64,000 nucleotides of DNA from Callorhinchus milii (taxonomy: Eukaryota), in assembly GCF_018977255.1 (NCBI RefSeq), contig NW_024704742.1:60700001-60764000 (forward strand), in the 5' to 3' direction. Every line of letters starts with the position of its first letter. The stretch's first letter is position 1. Position numbers and translations under genes: made by a program. Shown piece by piece: positions 1-12,153 of this stretch. Below the pieces are notes generated by a model that ran no database searches, was not told where the DNA came from, and saw only the letters and a list, made by a program, of their open reading frames with translations.

Positions 1-1179
1 ATGTTTAAATGCAGTGTAATCCAGTGTACATAATGTGCAGTGGCAAGATATCAATAGTGAAGGGGTCAGAGGCCTCTGTACTCTCTGACCCAAACTTTGC
101 TTTATAGTTTGAATGCAGTAATATCTATTTGGGGGTAGCTGCACGATTTTGCTTAACCCACCACAAAGTTACTTCTTGAAAATAATTCATGGAATTGTTA
201 CTCTTTATCAGGCTCCTTATTTCCTTCAATTTTCAGTCGGAGTAGCAAGGTACCTAACAGAAGCGTATGTGACAAAGGCAGCAAGCTTACAAATTGTACA
301 GCCATTAACGTTTGATCCACTTCCCCATTAACATTGTAGATCATAGACCCAAGATACTATATGCTTCTGTAGCATGCACATAATATTCTGATCAAAACAG
401 TACCTGTGTGTGTCTATTTAAACGTTCCTTCTTATTAAATGTCTAGGTATGACAAGTGTTGTAAACTTCAAAGCAAGACCTGAATATGCCTTTACTGTTG
501 CTGAAATACCACAATAATAATGTACCTTCCTTTGCCACCTAAGAGGATTAAGAATAGGAATGCACAGTAATTCTATCACTATGTTATCACTGTTCAATTA
601 TGGCCTCAAAAAGAATTATTTTGATGAAGAAACTGCCAAAATTGTTATATATGTTATGTATGACTTAATCTCCAAATAGAACAAGGGTGCTGGGCGAGAT
701 TTAATAACTATTCCACGGCACCACAACAAAGCTGTCATTTAGCTTCCAACTTTCCTCTGGGCCAGTGATAACTAGCTGCTTCTACCAGTTTAACTACCTA
801 TTTACATATCTCTTGATTCGTTGAAGCAGATTAATGATGGAATAAAGTATTGGTTCTGACCATGCTACAATTTAAAGGGAAATTAATTTGGTGCATTGCA
901 TGTACACATACTGTCTCAATCCCTCCACCTTCCCCCACTCCTTGCCCATCATTAGAGCACATCAGAAGACCTTCCTCTTTGACCATGCCTACAGTCACCT
1001 CCACTCTCTTCCTGGCTCAGCATCATGCTCCGCCACTGGTACATGCCCCAAGATGCTATCCCCATGATTGGTGCTATACATATACTAATTGTCATTGGCC
1101 ACCCTTTCCCTTTCCCTGCCCCACAAAGGTCATTTGGAGATTGGAGCTCTGTCCCACTGAGGGCAGAATGCCTTCCAAC

Positions 1180-1415
1180 ATGATATTCACAGAGAGAGTT
1201 GGGAGAATGTGGAAAACCCTGCCAAGTAGGTGGTAAAGGCAGACTGCATTGTGGGTTTTAAGAGGGAATTAGATAGATGTATAAAAGATAGAGGCTTGAA
1301 GGGATATGGGGATAGATTGGAACAGTTGGGTTGAAGCAGGACCTTGTTCTGAGAGCTCTAGTAGACTCATTGGGCTAAATAACCTCTTTCTGTGCTGTTA
1401 ATTTCTATCATTTGT
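1180..1415 (+). mobile_element. CR1-type LINE 3' fragment (decayed)
   Basis: Ends with the motif series FTERVGRMWKTLP, 'tttaagagggaattagataga...gaagggatatgggg', 'gggctaaataacctctttctgtgctgt', typical of the CR1 ORF2 end and 3' UTR. Confidence 0.7.
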
Positions 1416-2451
1416 GAGAATTGCCAGCTTGTTCGTGTAAAAGAACAGTTAAAGAAAATAAATTTGTCTAAATTTGATTTAATAAATTGAAAAGTTAATT
1501 AAAAAAAGTGTAATTGAAAAATTTGGAAATAAGATGAGGCACTCCAATGTCACCAACATTAATCCCAGTAGGAAGTTTTTTTTAAAAAAGTGGATACTTG
1601 TTGAAACCAAATAAAAAACACATGCAAATAGAGTGTTGTAAATAATGACAAACCAAACATGCCAGAGTGAATGTTTCTCAGTAATTGTCTGTGTTGCTAC
1701 ATTGTTGGTTAGGTTTTTCTTAGATGCGTAAATGGCTCCATTTACCTTAGTTTAACCTTTGCACACATTGTTGGAACCAGTGGCAGATATTCAGTGAACA
1801 CCTCATAAATGTAAAACCAGTTTCCTGCAATTCTTTTGCATCTTATTTTTGTGTGGCATCATCAGGAATTGCACCCGATAAGTCCTAGACAACTTCAAGG
1901 TGTTGACACTTCAAACTAATCTTTTCCCCTTTCCGTTTTCATCAATCACCAATGAAGATCAGTAAAAGGTAAATGTCTGCTGCTGCCTTATTTACAATAA
2001 AGGAACATTTAGAGTCATTTATAAACCTGAAGCAAAGAATAAAATAATACTGGGCCAGACCCCAGTGAACCATTAGACGTTTGTTTAATTGATTAATGAT
2101 CCTGAATAAATAATGCATAGTGTGACATTTGCCAAGATCAAAGTTTATTCAGCACATTAAAAAAAATCTATTTCTATTTTTCAAATTCCGCCACTGTTAA
2201 ATGTTCTGAGATGCTACCAGAGTGCAGATCGCTATATAAATACAAGTTGTTGTTGTTTTATACTGAACAAAATAGGATATCATCTTAGCTCAGCTCATCA
2301 TGTCCTTTGCTTTTGCGTCAGACAACTTTGGGTGTAATATTCATTTGGGGATTTTGAGACCATAGACTCGATTAACATCCAATGCAGTTGCTCGAGAATC
2401 TCCAATGTGTTCTTCAGATTAAAACAGGAAGTGCCATGTGTGTGTTGACGT

Positions 2452-2776
2452 GGAGTCCTGTAGCTCAGTGGTTAGAGCACTCGCTTTGCAAGTGAGAGAC
2501 CTGAGTTCAATTCCAGGCAGGGCGAAACCTTGGGCAAGTTTCCTTACTCCACACGCCTAATAATAATCCCTCCAAAACCCAAAACAATAATAAATTGGTC
2601 ATTTTCAATCTACGACTGTTTGTGGGACATTGCTGTGCACAATTGGCTGCCGCGTTCGCCCACAAATATACAGTCAATTCACTTTACAGTGTGTTCTGTG
2701 AAGCACTTTGGGACGTCCTCCCGACGTGAAAAACGCTATATCAAATGCAAGGATTATTATTATTATTATATTATTA
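2452..2776 (+). mobile_element. Young tRNA-Ala-derived SINE, full length (short subfamily)
   Basis: Head GGAGTCCTGTAGCTCAGTGG (A box), TGC anticodon loop, GAGTTCAATTCC (B box), L2-like tail and (ATT)n; nearly identical to copies at 11798-12153, 58206-58521, 61243-61553, 62967-63283. Confidence 0.93.
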
Positions 2777-3539
2777 CAGGATCTCATGACACTATTTCTT
2801 CGAACAGATACAATGGTCCTAGCTGGAAAAGCAACAGGAAGCTTGCCAGACAGCCCTCTCAAAGGCAAGTTACAGTGAACTCATGATAATAAAACCCTGC
2901 TTACATCATCACGTGACTTATATCAAGCTCTCAATATCCCAGCTGCTTCCCATGCAAAATGTGAAAAATCACATATAATAAACTGCTGATATATCGTCAC
3001 TCCAAGGAAAAAGAGCTTACTTTATTTCGCCACTCGATTATAACATATAAAGTCACATTCCATACATCCCAGTAAGTAAAATATCAGATATATCATTGGA
3101 ACAAACTTCCCTACACGGCTCAGCCAGTTGTGCTATGTGTATGGGCCTCTCAGCGAGCTCTCATGATGAGCAGCCTAGCATGGGAAAACATTGCCGTCAG
3201 CCAGCCAGGTGGGACCTGGTTTGACTGTTGGGGCAAGTTCTCTGTGAGCAGAAATGTTAGACTTTGCCTTCTGAAAGGTTCTGCCTGATTGTTAAAGTCT
3301 GAGTAATTCAGGTGAGCAAAATGAACAAACATGTTTTATAGATGCATAGGCCTACGCATAAATTTATACTGTACTTAACGTAAATGAGGTTGAACAAATA
3401 AACTGATAGTTTTAGGGGCCATGACCGCTCTCTCACACTTACAGCTGCTCGCTCACTCCGCGCAGCTGCAGTGTGTGTTGGTGTAAGTCCTCCTGGCCAG
3501 AGTGCCTCATAGTGGCCCCAGAGGACTCCTGCCTATGTC

Positions 3540-3881
3540 TTCACCCCAGTTACAGAGTCACTGAGCTCTTTTCCCTTGTAGCAGCGATATATCAGGAGTT
3601 TATGGAATGTGGTTTTAGCTGTTTGGACTCCAGCAGCACATCAACAAGCACTCTGAAGTCCCCGAGACTTGGCTCTTGGCAATCTGTGCCCAAGACTCTC
3701 TGAGACTAGGTTAGCAAGATATGTTCCTCCGGTAGGAGAGTGTCCATTCCAGATACGGAGGAATTTCCATGGGTAGGTGGCATATATACAGTGTGGAATG
3801 CCTGGTTTGGTTTGGATAGAATATTCAATTATAGTGATGGTTTCTGCACGTGATATCCAGCTAACCAGAAAAAAGAAAAAA
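3540..3881 (+). mobile_element. Unclassified retroposon-like repeat family X, 5'-truncated copy
   Basis: Matches the reverse complement of 8933-9540 and 53712-54262; ends ...gatatccagctaacc followed by an A-rich run. Confidence 0.75.
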
Positions 3882-5025
3882 GGCACTAAAAAATTCTAGC
3901 ATGTTAACTGAGGCATATCCTATTGCTTTAAAATCCATATTTACTTTGCAGCCAATGACATAGATTAGATTATTAAACCAACTCCGAGTCTGGTTTCAGG
4001 AGTGGAAATAAATAGCAAATCGATACCCCTGAAAGCAGAGTTGTTCTACAGCAAAAGTGAAAGTTACATCAATGTTATGTGAGGAGTGCAGTGCAAATGG
4101 CCAGGGGTTTCTTCCCAACGTACGCTTTACTGAGGTCTGCTTATGGCCTTCTGAAGCAAAAATAGAAGGCAATTAAAAGCCTAGCACATAATAAGATTAG
4201 GAGATGTATTTAAACCTGCATAAAATCAGTTTAGATAAGACTAAATGCCTATTAAGACTGTCCATGTAACAAAATAAACATTTCTAAATTAGCACCATTA
4301 GTATTGACAGGATAAGATAAAACACGAGTTAAGTTAAGACTCAGTAATTTGAGAGGGGGATTGACATAGACCAGTTCAGATCGTTCAGACTGCCTGTTCC
4401 GGGGTAGTCATAAAATGGCTTCAACCACAATCATGAAGGAATCTGCAGCTCACGCATAGTCCTGCTCTGGCAAAACAACACAACAGGCATTGATGCAGAG
4501 GAAATCGAGGTTGTGAAATACTTATATATATTTTCAGAAGTATAGCAACCAAAATTTCAAAATAAAGGCTGAATGAAACAAATTGCCAAATTCTGAATGC
4601 TCTAAAATGCTACATAAATACCCAGGGGGAATTCTTCCCCAACTGTATTTGTTCCATTTTGTTAACTCTGTCCCATTACATATATTGGAGACAAAATGAT
4701 AGCATTCCTAAATATATCCCATTTTTCAATTAAGGGACAAAAGGGCTTAGGAATACCACAATACTAATGCAATTATTTTTAACAGTTTTTGATAGAACAA
4801 AATAATCCAATTTTATATATTGCTGTTCATATGTGTTGAATCTATGAATCTGTTTCTTGCGATATTGTTTGCTGTGGTGAATGTTTAACGACTGACATAG
4901 ATATTTTATAATATATTTAGACGGAGTATTGTACCCAAATTATTAAGCCATCATTCTCTTTCAGGTGCTGATGGACATGATATGAACTTCTATTATTTTC
5001 TGATTTCACTTCAGATCTCGAGGTC

Positions 5026-5545
5026 ATCTTGGCTCAGTTGTTAGCATTCTTGTCACCCATTTGAAGGTTGTGGATTCAAGTCTACAATTGGGACATAAAC
5101 TCAGGGTCTATGCTGACACTACAATGCAGTATTAGAGAATGCCTCATTGCCAGGGTTCTGTTCTTTGGATAATATGTCTCTCACAAAATGCACTGTCATT
5201 CCACTATACAGTATATCCCGAAGCACTTTGAGATGTCTTGATGAAGTGAAAGGCACTATACCAAATGCAGGAATTATTACTATATTGCATTAATCTAGCC
5301 TCGCCAAAGCACTGTCCACCTGTTCTTCAGGAATACATCAAAGATATTATGAAATTTATTAAAAAGTAATGGATTTTCTACTTGTGTTGTGGCCAGTAAT
5401 CCTTATTCACCTCAAAATCATTTTACTTTGTTGTGCCCAAAACACCTAATGCATTTGTCCACAAAACTGCATTTAACTATAATTTCAGTGAAGCCCTTTG
5501 AGACATTTTAACATAGCAATGTGCAATAGAAATGCAAGTTGTTTA
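5026..5545 (+). mobile_element. Old Deu-domain tRNA-SINE with nested SINE 3' module
   Basis: Head 'tcttggctcagttgttagca...gaaggttgtggattcaagtc', decayed Deu-like body, interrupted by a SINE tail at ~5180-5285. Confidence 0.65.
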
Positions 5546-6327
5546 TTTAAGTTGCAGACACAGTATTCGAAGAGCAGCGTTTTTTTAATAAGTACTTTTC
5601 CAAGTTCACTCCATACAGACCAAGACAATATTCAACACAGTGAGGTAAAAAACTCAAAACCCGTTCTCACTTTAATCCAATTATATTTTACTACAATGGC
5701 ATTCTTGTATTTGTCCTGCAAGCAGCCTTTACAAAAGTTTCTCACAAAAGAATCTATTTATTGAAGCGTTATTAATTGAATATGAAACTGCTGAAAAGAA
5801 ATGGAGCGAACTTTAGCCTATGGTAGTAGCTATTTTAGTAGAGTGAAGTATGTATCATGCAAATGAATTTCTTTGTGATAGCAGCCAGCCAGACACTTGA
5901 GGAAGTCAACTCCAACATTAATGAGGAATTCTGTTTAACGGCAGAAAACAAATTCTGAAGGCTTTCCTCTCACAAAGCATTGGTATGTGATCATAAAGGA
6001 GAGACATGTCTTGGTTTGAATTATAGATTAAACTGGACATAGCTGTCAAAACCTACCACACATTGTGCTGAATTCACCATTTCCTATTCAACCACTTATG
6101 GGAAAAATACTGTTTTGTCAAACAGTGTAACTTATATCAGGATTTTACTGAAGGGAGCATGCAGTAAGCTGCCAAAAGTTTTTGCATTGCATGTTCCCGT
6201 TTTATATTCTAAGCTAAAGCAACATTGAGGGTTGAAAATCACACCTGATGAAAGCACTAGCATTACTTGCACTGACCCCTGAAAAAGTCTGCAGGCAATG
6301 TAAGGTATTTTTTGCAGGGAATCCCTA

Positions 6328-6857
6328 AATGCAGTATTAGAGAATTCTGCAATGCCGGGGTTCTGTCCTTTGGATAATACATATTTCGCTCACAAAATAC
6401 ACAGTCACTCCACTTTACAGTATATCCTGTGAAGAACTTTGAGACGTCTCGACAAGTGAAAGGCACTGTGTCAAATGCAAGGATTATTATTTTATTATAT
6501 ACATTAAGCTAGCCTCGTCAAAGCATTATCCACCCATTCTTCAGGCGTACATCAAAGATCCTATGAAAACTATTCCCAAAAAAATGGAATTTCTTTCCGT
6601 TTTGTGGCCAGCAATCCTCATTCACCTCAAAATCATTTAACCTTGTTGTGCACAAAAAAGCTGTTGCATTTGTCTACAAAACTGCATTTGATTATAATTT
6701 CGGTAAAGCCCTTGAGACATTTTAACATTGCAATGTGCTACAGAAATGCAACTTGTTTCTTTCAGCTGCAGAGACACAGTGTTGGAAGAGCAGTGTTTCT
6801 TTAATAAGTACTCTTCCAAGTTCACTCCATACAGATCAAGAAAGTAGGCAACACAGT
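6328..6857 (+). repeat. Direct local duplication of 5124-5641
   Basis: Colinear similarity from 'aatgcagtattagagaat' to 'caagttcactccatacaga...caacacagt', including non-repeat flank. Confidence 0.85.
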
Positions 6858-6957
6858 TCCAGCACCTCAGTGCCAGTGACTACATAAATCATACCGACTC
6901 ACAAGATCTCAAATTGGTCTCCCGATCACCTCAGAGTCGATGTCTCATGTGTGACGT

Positions 6958-7323
6958 AATAATAGTAATGTTAATCTTTGCATTTAATACAGCGCCTTAT
7001 CAAGTCTTCAAGACGCCTCAAAGCATTTCACAGAATATACTGCAAAGTGACTTGATTATATTTTGTGGGTGAAACACGGCAGCTAATTGCGCACAGCAAC
7101 GTCTCATAAACAGCCGTGGATTGAGTGACCAAATTTTTTCTTAGAATTATTACGGCCAGGGAGCGAAATGCCAATCGACTAACAACCGAGTTTCCACCTA
7201 CTGCTAGGTAAACAGAGGTGCGTGGTGTAAGGAAACTTGACTAAGATTTGGGCCTGCCCAGAATCAAACCCAGGTCATCTCACTTGCGAGGTGAGTGCTC
7301 TAATCCATAGACTATAGGACTCC
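6958..7323 (-). mobile_element. tRNA-Ala SINE, long (older) subfamily
   Basis: Reverse complement of the SINE head ends at 'ggactcc' (7323); retains the central 'ctgtttacctagcagtag' segment. Confidence 0.85.
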
Positions 7324-8932
7324 ACAAGAATGTTCTATTAATCTAAGTATCAAATCTCAGTGTGAACATGTAAATCTGCTGCGGTCTTTTAAATATGAAT
7401 GTTGGGATTCAAAAAATGTTGGGAATGCCCACAGTGTTTGACAGAGAAATACAGGTTAACATTTTGGGTGTTACCCTTTATGGTTTTGAATGGATATTTT
7501 TGATCAGCTGTGTGTCGGATGCATCCAGTAACCCAACTCTATATTTAGGACTATTCAATCCAGACTGAGAGTTCCACATGTGCACGGAAATTTCTCTTTG
7601 TCTAGAACAGAGTGAACATTCCCTCTCTAGAGGGACACAGCCTGCTTGCCTAATCCCACAATGTGTTAAGTGCAAGAGTTAAGGATAGTACTTTTGTTGT
7701 AGTGTTATTGTGCAAATATTTAGACATTGCAGAGGCCTGAAATTCCATACGAATTAGCCCGTAAAACCATTTTGTCTTAAAATTCAAGATGCATAGAATT
7801 GTGTAATTGTTTTTCATTTCATCTTAATTTGGAAGCCATTTTCTGCAGTTTTTTAAAAAAACAGACTTTGAAATAAAGACTGAATTTAAGCACTTTCCCC
7901 ATTCCTGCACAACCTTCAATTTCAAATCGAAATAGTCTTATGGACTATGTCTAGTTACATTTTCAGGTTCAGCAGCATGTTACTGTTTATAAGTAGACAT
8001 TCTTAACTTGCCAGACAGAAATTCCTGATACCATCCCTTTAAAAACTAAAATCACTGTGCTAGTTCTACTCCAGTTTACGCACACACTGAAATTGGTGTC
8101 TTCAAGATGCCAATTGTTTCTAATTAATTATATTAAAGCTAATTCCTACTGATTTCTGATTCTCAAGAAATCAAAGCACATTTGAACACATTTTAAATCC
8201 TTCATTCATTTGAAGATTAATCTGATGTCACTGGCACACTCTGCATTTAATAATTGGATCTTTGAACTCTGACTGTGCAATTATAAAAATGTAACCGTTG
8301 CTTTTGCTTTTGAAGTGCAGTGAATTTTGATGGAACCTTTTTCATACCAGAGAGGTTGCGGTAAGTGGAAAAGAGCAGTTTTAACATGGAAGATAAACTG
8401 GAATGACAGTCTTCACCCTAAACTATAAGACTAACCTCTATCTTGAGGTGATTGAAACCACAAACCTTCTGATAGAGCAGTAAAAGTGCTACCAATTTAA
8501 GCCTCCATACATTCCTGCTATTAACACTTCCACTTTGTCCAAATTTGTGCAACTCACTCGCAAAGCTCCTACATAGCTTTCAACAAGACCTTAATAAGTT
8601 TTAATTAGGTTTCCAGTGCTGCTATTTCAAATCTTTGAAGGAGAGTTTTCAGGTGAAGGAATGCTGAAAACAATCTTTCTCCTGCTAACAACACACTAAT
8701 GATTACCAAAATGACCTGTGTGGTCTAAATAATGATTTGGTAAACCTGATTTGTGGAATTAATTTCAGCTTCGGAATATCTGATTGCAAGTCCTGACATG
8801 GGGCTTGAACCCATAATTTTCTTACTCCAAGGTGATAGCACTACCAACTAAATCAAGCTAACATCCTGATGGATTCCTAGGCAGGCAAGCGGCATTGAAG
8901 GAACTTGGGTTTAAATTAACTGCTCTGTCAGG

Positions 8933-9540
8933 TTTTTGGTTAGACAGGTTTCTGACAAATGGGGAAACCCATCAGCATTCTTAAGAGGATCCAAACCAAG
9001 CTGAGATTTCAAAGCATCCCACCTATACATGGAAATCCCAGAGATAGACTGTTGGAATGGAATATATTTTCCCCCTGCAGGGATGCAACCTGTTTACCTA
9101 ATTCCGGAAAGTATTAGGTGCAGGTTGGCAAGAGCCAAGGCTTGGGGACCCCAGAGTGTGCATTGAGGTACTGCTGGAGTCTAACCAGCTAAAACCACAT
9201 AGCTTGTGATTGGTACTGATGTCCGGCAACCTTTCCTGCTGCTTGTCCAGCTAGGGCCACCCTACCCATTAGGGCTTTGTCCACAGGGTTAACATGTGCT
9301 AAGTAGGGTGACTCCCTGTCCCCAGTGAATGGTCTGCCCTTCCAAATCCTGCCAATGAGCATGACTGGCTGTGCTGTCATCAGCAGTGCCCTGGAATACC
9401 GCAGACCTGCCTGGCTCAGGAACCGGACTATTGAGACCGCCACAGAGGGCTGGCTCGATACTGACATTCCAGTGTCAGGCATGTCACCTTGGAGCAGTTC
9501 AGCTCCAAGGAGACCCCTGATCACTCAGGTAATGGACAGA
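8933..9540 (-). mobile_element. Unclassified repeat family X, longest copy
   Basis: Colinear with 18975-19432, 53712-54262 and 42975-43460; T-run precedes the shared fixed end. Confidence 0.8.
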
Positions 9541-10799
9541 ATTTTGTTCATAGAGGGTAGAACTATGGATATGGTGTTAGAGAGTGACTGAAGAGTAGTT
9601 AAATGTATCAGCTACCGCACCTCCTGAAGATACTCAGGCCACAGCCTCACTTTTTGAGAGTGTGCCCTCAAATGCAAACTGCAGTATGTTTAACATTGGG
9701 TGACCAAACAGACATTGCTTGTCACAGCTGGTGCTTTCCCTGACACTTCAGATAAGGCCCCCAAGGAGAAGTGACTTTTTATGCCATTACATTTCACTTA
9801 TAACCTGAGGCACAATGAATTGAGGCACTGTATTGCTGATCACATCATTGACTCAATTCTGTTTGCAAGCCAGGCTAAGTATCTTGGAAGGGACATCATC
9901 CAAATGACAATATCCCTTAAAACTTTGTTAAATTGTGTTTAGAAAAACTTACAGAGAAATCCTGTAATCTCTTAATTCCCTTGCAATGGCAAACAACAGT
10001 ATAAAAGCACAGCCTTTGCCTTTAATGCTCTTTGCTTCGTGCCTGAAGTTTTAATATGGCTACACTGTTTATTGTTCGAGTTTGAACAGTGACATGTTAA
10101 AAGGAAGCATGAATAAAGGAGTCACAAAGATAAGCTGGATCTTTACAAGAACCTCCTTTGTGAAATGAACTGTACTCCTCATCACATAAAATATTTCAAA
10201 CATCACCTATCTTGCAGAGGCTCACAAGGATCATTTAACAGTTTATTTGTGTGTTTTGGCTCATTCAATCTGCAAGTACCCGGGACTCGAAGTGGAAAAT
10301 GCTAAATAATGGGGGATTAAAAAGAAGTGGCAGCATGGATGCATAACAAATCAGCTGGACTCTAAAAGTGCTGGCATGGAACGTCTTCATTTGTAAATGT
10401 GTAGAGAAGAACTCTCATACCAGCCCATATAATCCTCTTCAATAACACATATTCATTGACATTCCTTTTGCCTGGCATTACATTTTCTCAAAAGAGCAAG
10501 TAAAGGTAAGTTAAGAGTTATATTAAATCACACAGGACTGACTGTGATTATCAATAGAAATCTGAGCCATTTATAAAGCTGGCCTCCTACGTGGGGAATG
10601 GCAGGGTGGGTGTTCTGGAAGGATGAGATCAGATGAGTCGAAGGGCTTTCTTCATCTAGACCAATCTTCCAAATTGTGCCTTCCAACCCCACTGTCTGAA
10701 ACTCCATCCCAGAATCACTCTAACTCGCTCCTTCCCTCATCTCATTCAAGGTCCTTCTCAGGATCTTCCTCTTTGGTCACTTTCCCATCCCCTCCACTC

Positions 10800-11290
10800 C
10801 TGTGGATTCCAGCTTCACAGTAGAACCTGAGATGAGATTTCAGAGTAGAACTAACCTGAGGGTGTGCTGCATTGTCAGAGGGCATGTCTGTCTTGTGAGA
10901 CTTTCCATTCGAACAATCTATCTCTGTGATTTCCATGTGTAGGTGAGGTGCATGGAATTCGCAGCTTGGTTTGGATACTCTTAAGCATGGGGATGGGTTT
11001 CTGCATTTGTAAGACACCCAGCTGTCCCCTCCAAAATTATGAGACAATAAAAATTGAGGTCCTGTCTATCTTTACAGGTGAATGTTGAAGATACTATTTG
11101 AAGAGAGAATGGAGTGAGTACCAGCCATTGTTTCTTCAGAAAAATTTATTGTGTAGTTTGCGGAACAATGCTATGCGCAAGTTGTTTGCTATGTTTGCCT
11201 ATAATGCACTTATCAACACCTGTAAAGTGCTTGGAGATGCCTTTATGTTACAGGTGCTGCATCAAATACAAGGATGATGATTTTATTTTC
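10800..11290 (+). mobile_element. Deu-domain SINE interrupted by a family X 3' fragment (10880-11030)
   Basis: 'gtgctgcattgtcagagg' then X sequence, then resumes 'aaattgaggtcctgtct...caggtgaatgttgaagat'. Confidence 0.65.
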
Positions 11291-11606
11291 TAAAAAAATG
11301 AAGCTTGTACTATTCACTCCACTCACCTGCAAAACACACAGTCACTAGACTTTACAATATATCCTGTAAACTGCTTTGAGACATTCTCCTGATGTGAAAT
11401 GCACTACACTAAATGTAAACATTATTATTTTTCTCACTGAAAGCGCATTGAAACAAACACAATGTGGATTGTGTGTTGCAGGACTTTGCAAAGCATGTAC
11501 TTTGCTAAAGTAGTAGACATGGGTTTAGACTTCAAGTTCTTTTTGGGCACTGTGGAAAAACAGCTTCCGAGGTATTTTGCAAAATGACATTGCATTTTTA
11601 GGGAAA

Positions 11607-11792
11607 TAATAATAATAATAATCCTTGCATTTGACATAGCGCTTTTTCACGTCTTCTCAACTTCTCAAAGTGCTTCACAGAATATACTGTAAAGTGAATT
11701 GACTGTATATTTGTGGGCGAAACACGGCAGCCAATTGTGCACAGCAGTGTCCCACAACAGTCGTGGATTGAAAATGACCAATTTATTATTGT
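11607..11792 (-). mobile_element. SINE 3' module only (5'-truncated copy)
   Basis: (TAA)n-TCCTTGCATTTG...AAAATGACCAATTTATTATTG, no tRNA head. Confidence 0.85.
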
Positions 11793-11797
11793 TTATA

Positions 11798-11854
<57 letters not shown>

Positions 11855-12153
11855 CCTTGCATTTGATATAGCGCTTTTCACGTCGGGAGGATGTCCAAAG
11901 CGCTTCACAGAACACACTGTAAAGTGAATTGACTGTATATTTGTGGGCGAACGCGGCAGCCAATTGCGCACAGCAATGTCCCACAAACAGTCGTAGATTG
12001 AAAATGACCAATTTATTATTGTTTTGGTTTTGGAGGGATTATTATTAGGCGTGTGGAGTAAGGAAACTTGCCCAAGGTTTCGCCCTGCCTGGAATTGAAC
12101 CCAGGTGTCTCGCTTGCAAGGCGAGTGCTCGAACTGCTGAGCTACAGGACTCC
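11798..12153 (-). mobile_element. Young tRNA-Ala SINE, full length with long (ATT)n tail
   Basis: Reverse complement of the 2452-2776 type; ~55-bp pure TAA run at 11798-11853. Confidence 0.93.

Noticed and set aside
2454..2526. tRNA-Ala(TGC) gene (also at ~12080, 58450, 61245, 62970)
   Set aside because: The cloverleaf-like head lacks the G3:U70 Ala identity pair, has no oligo-T terminator after it, and always continues into a SINE body and tail
11665..12011. ORFs with poly-Leu, poly-Ile or poly-Tyr
   Set aside because: Translations of the SINE (TAA)n tail; the same pseudo-peptides recur at every SINE copy
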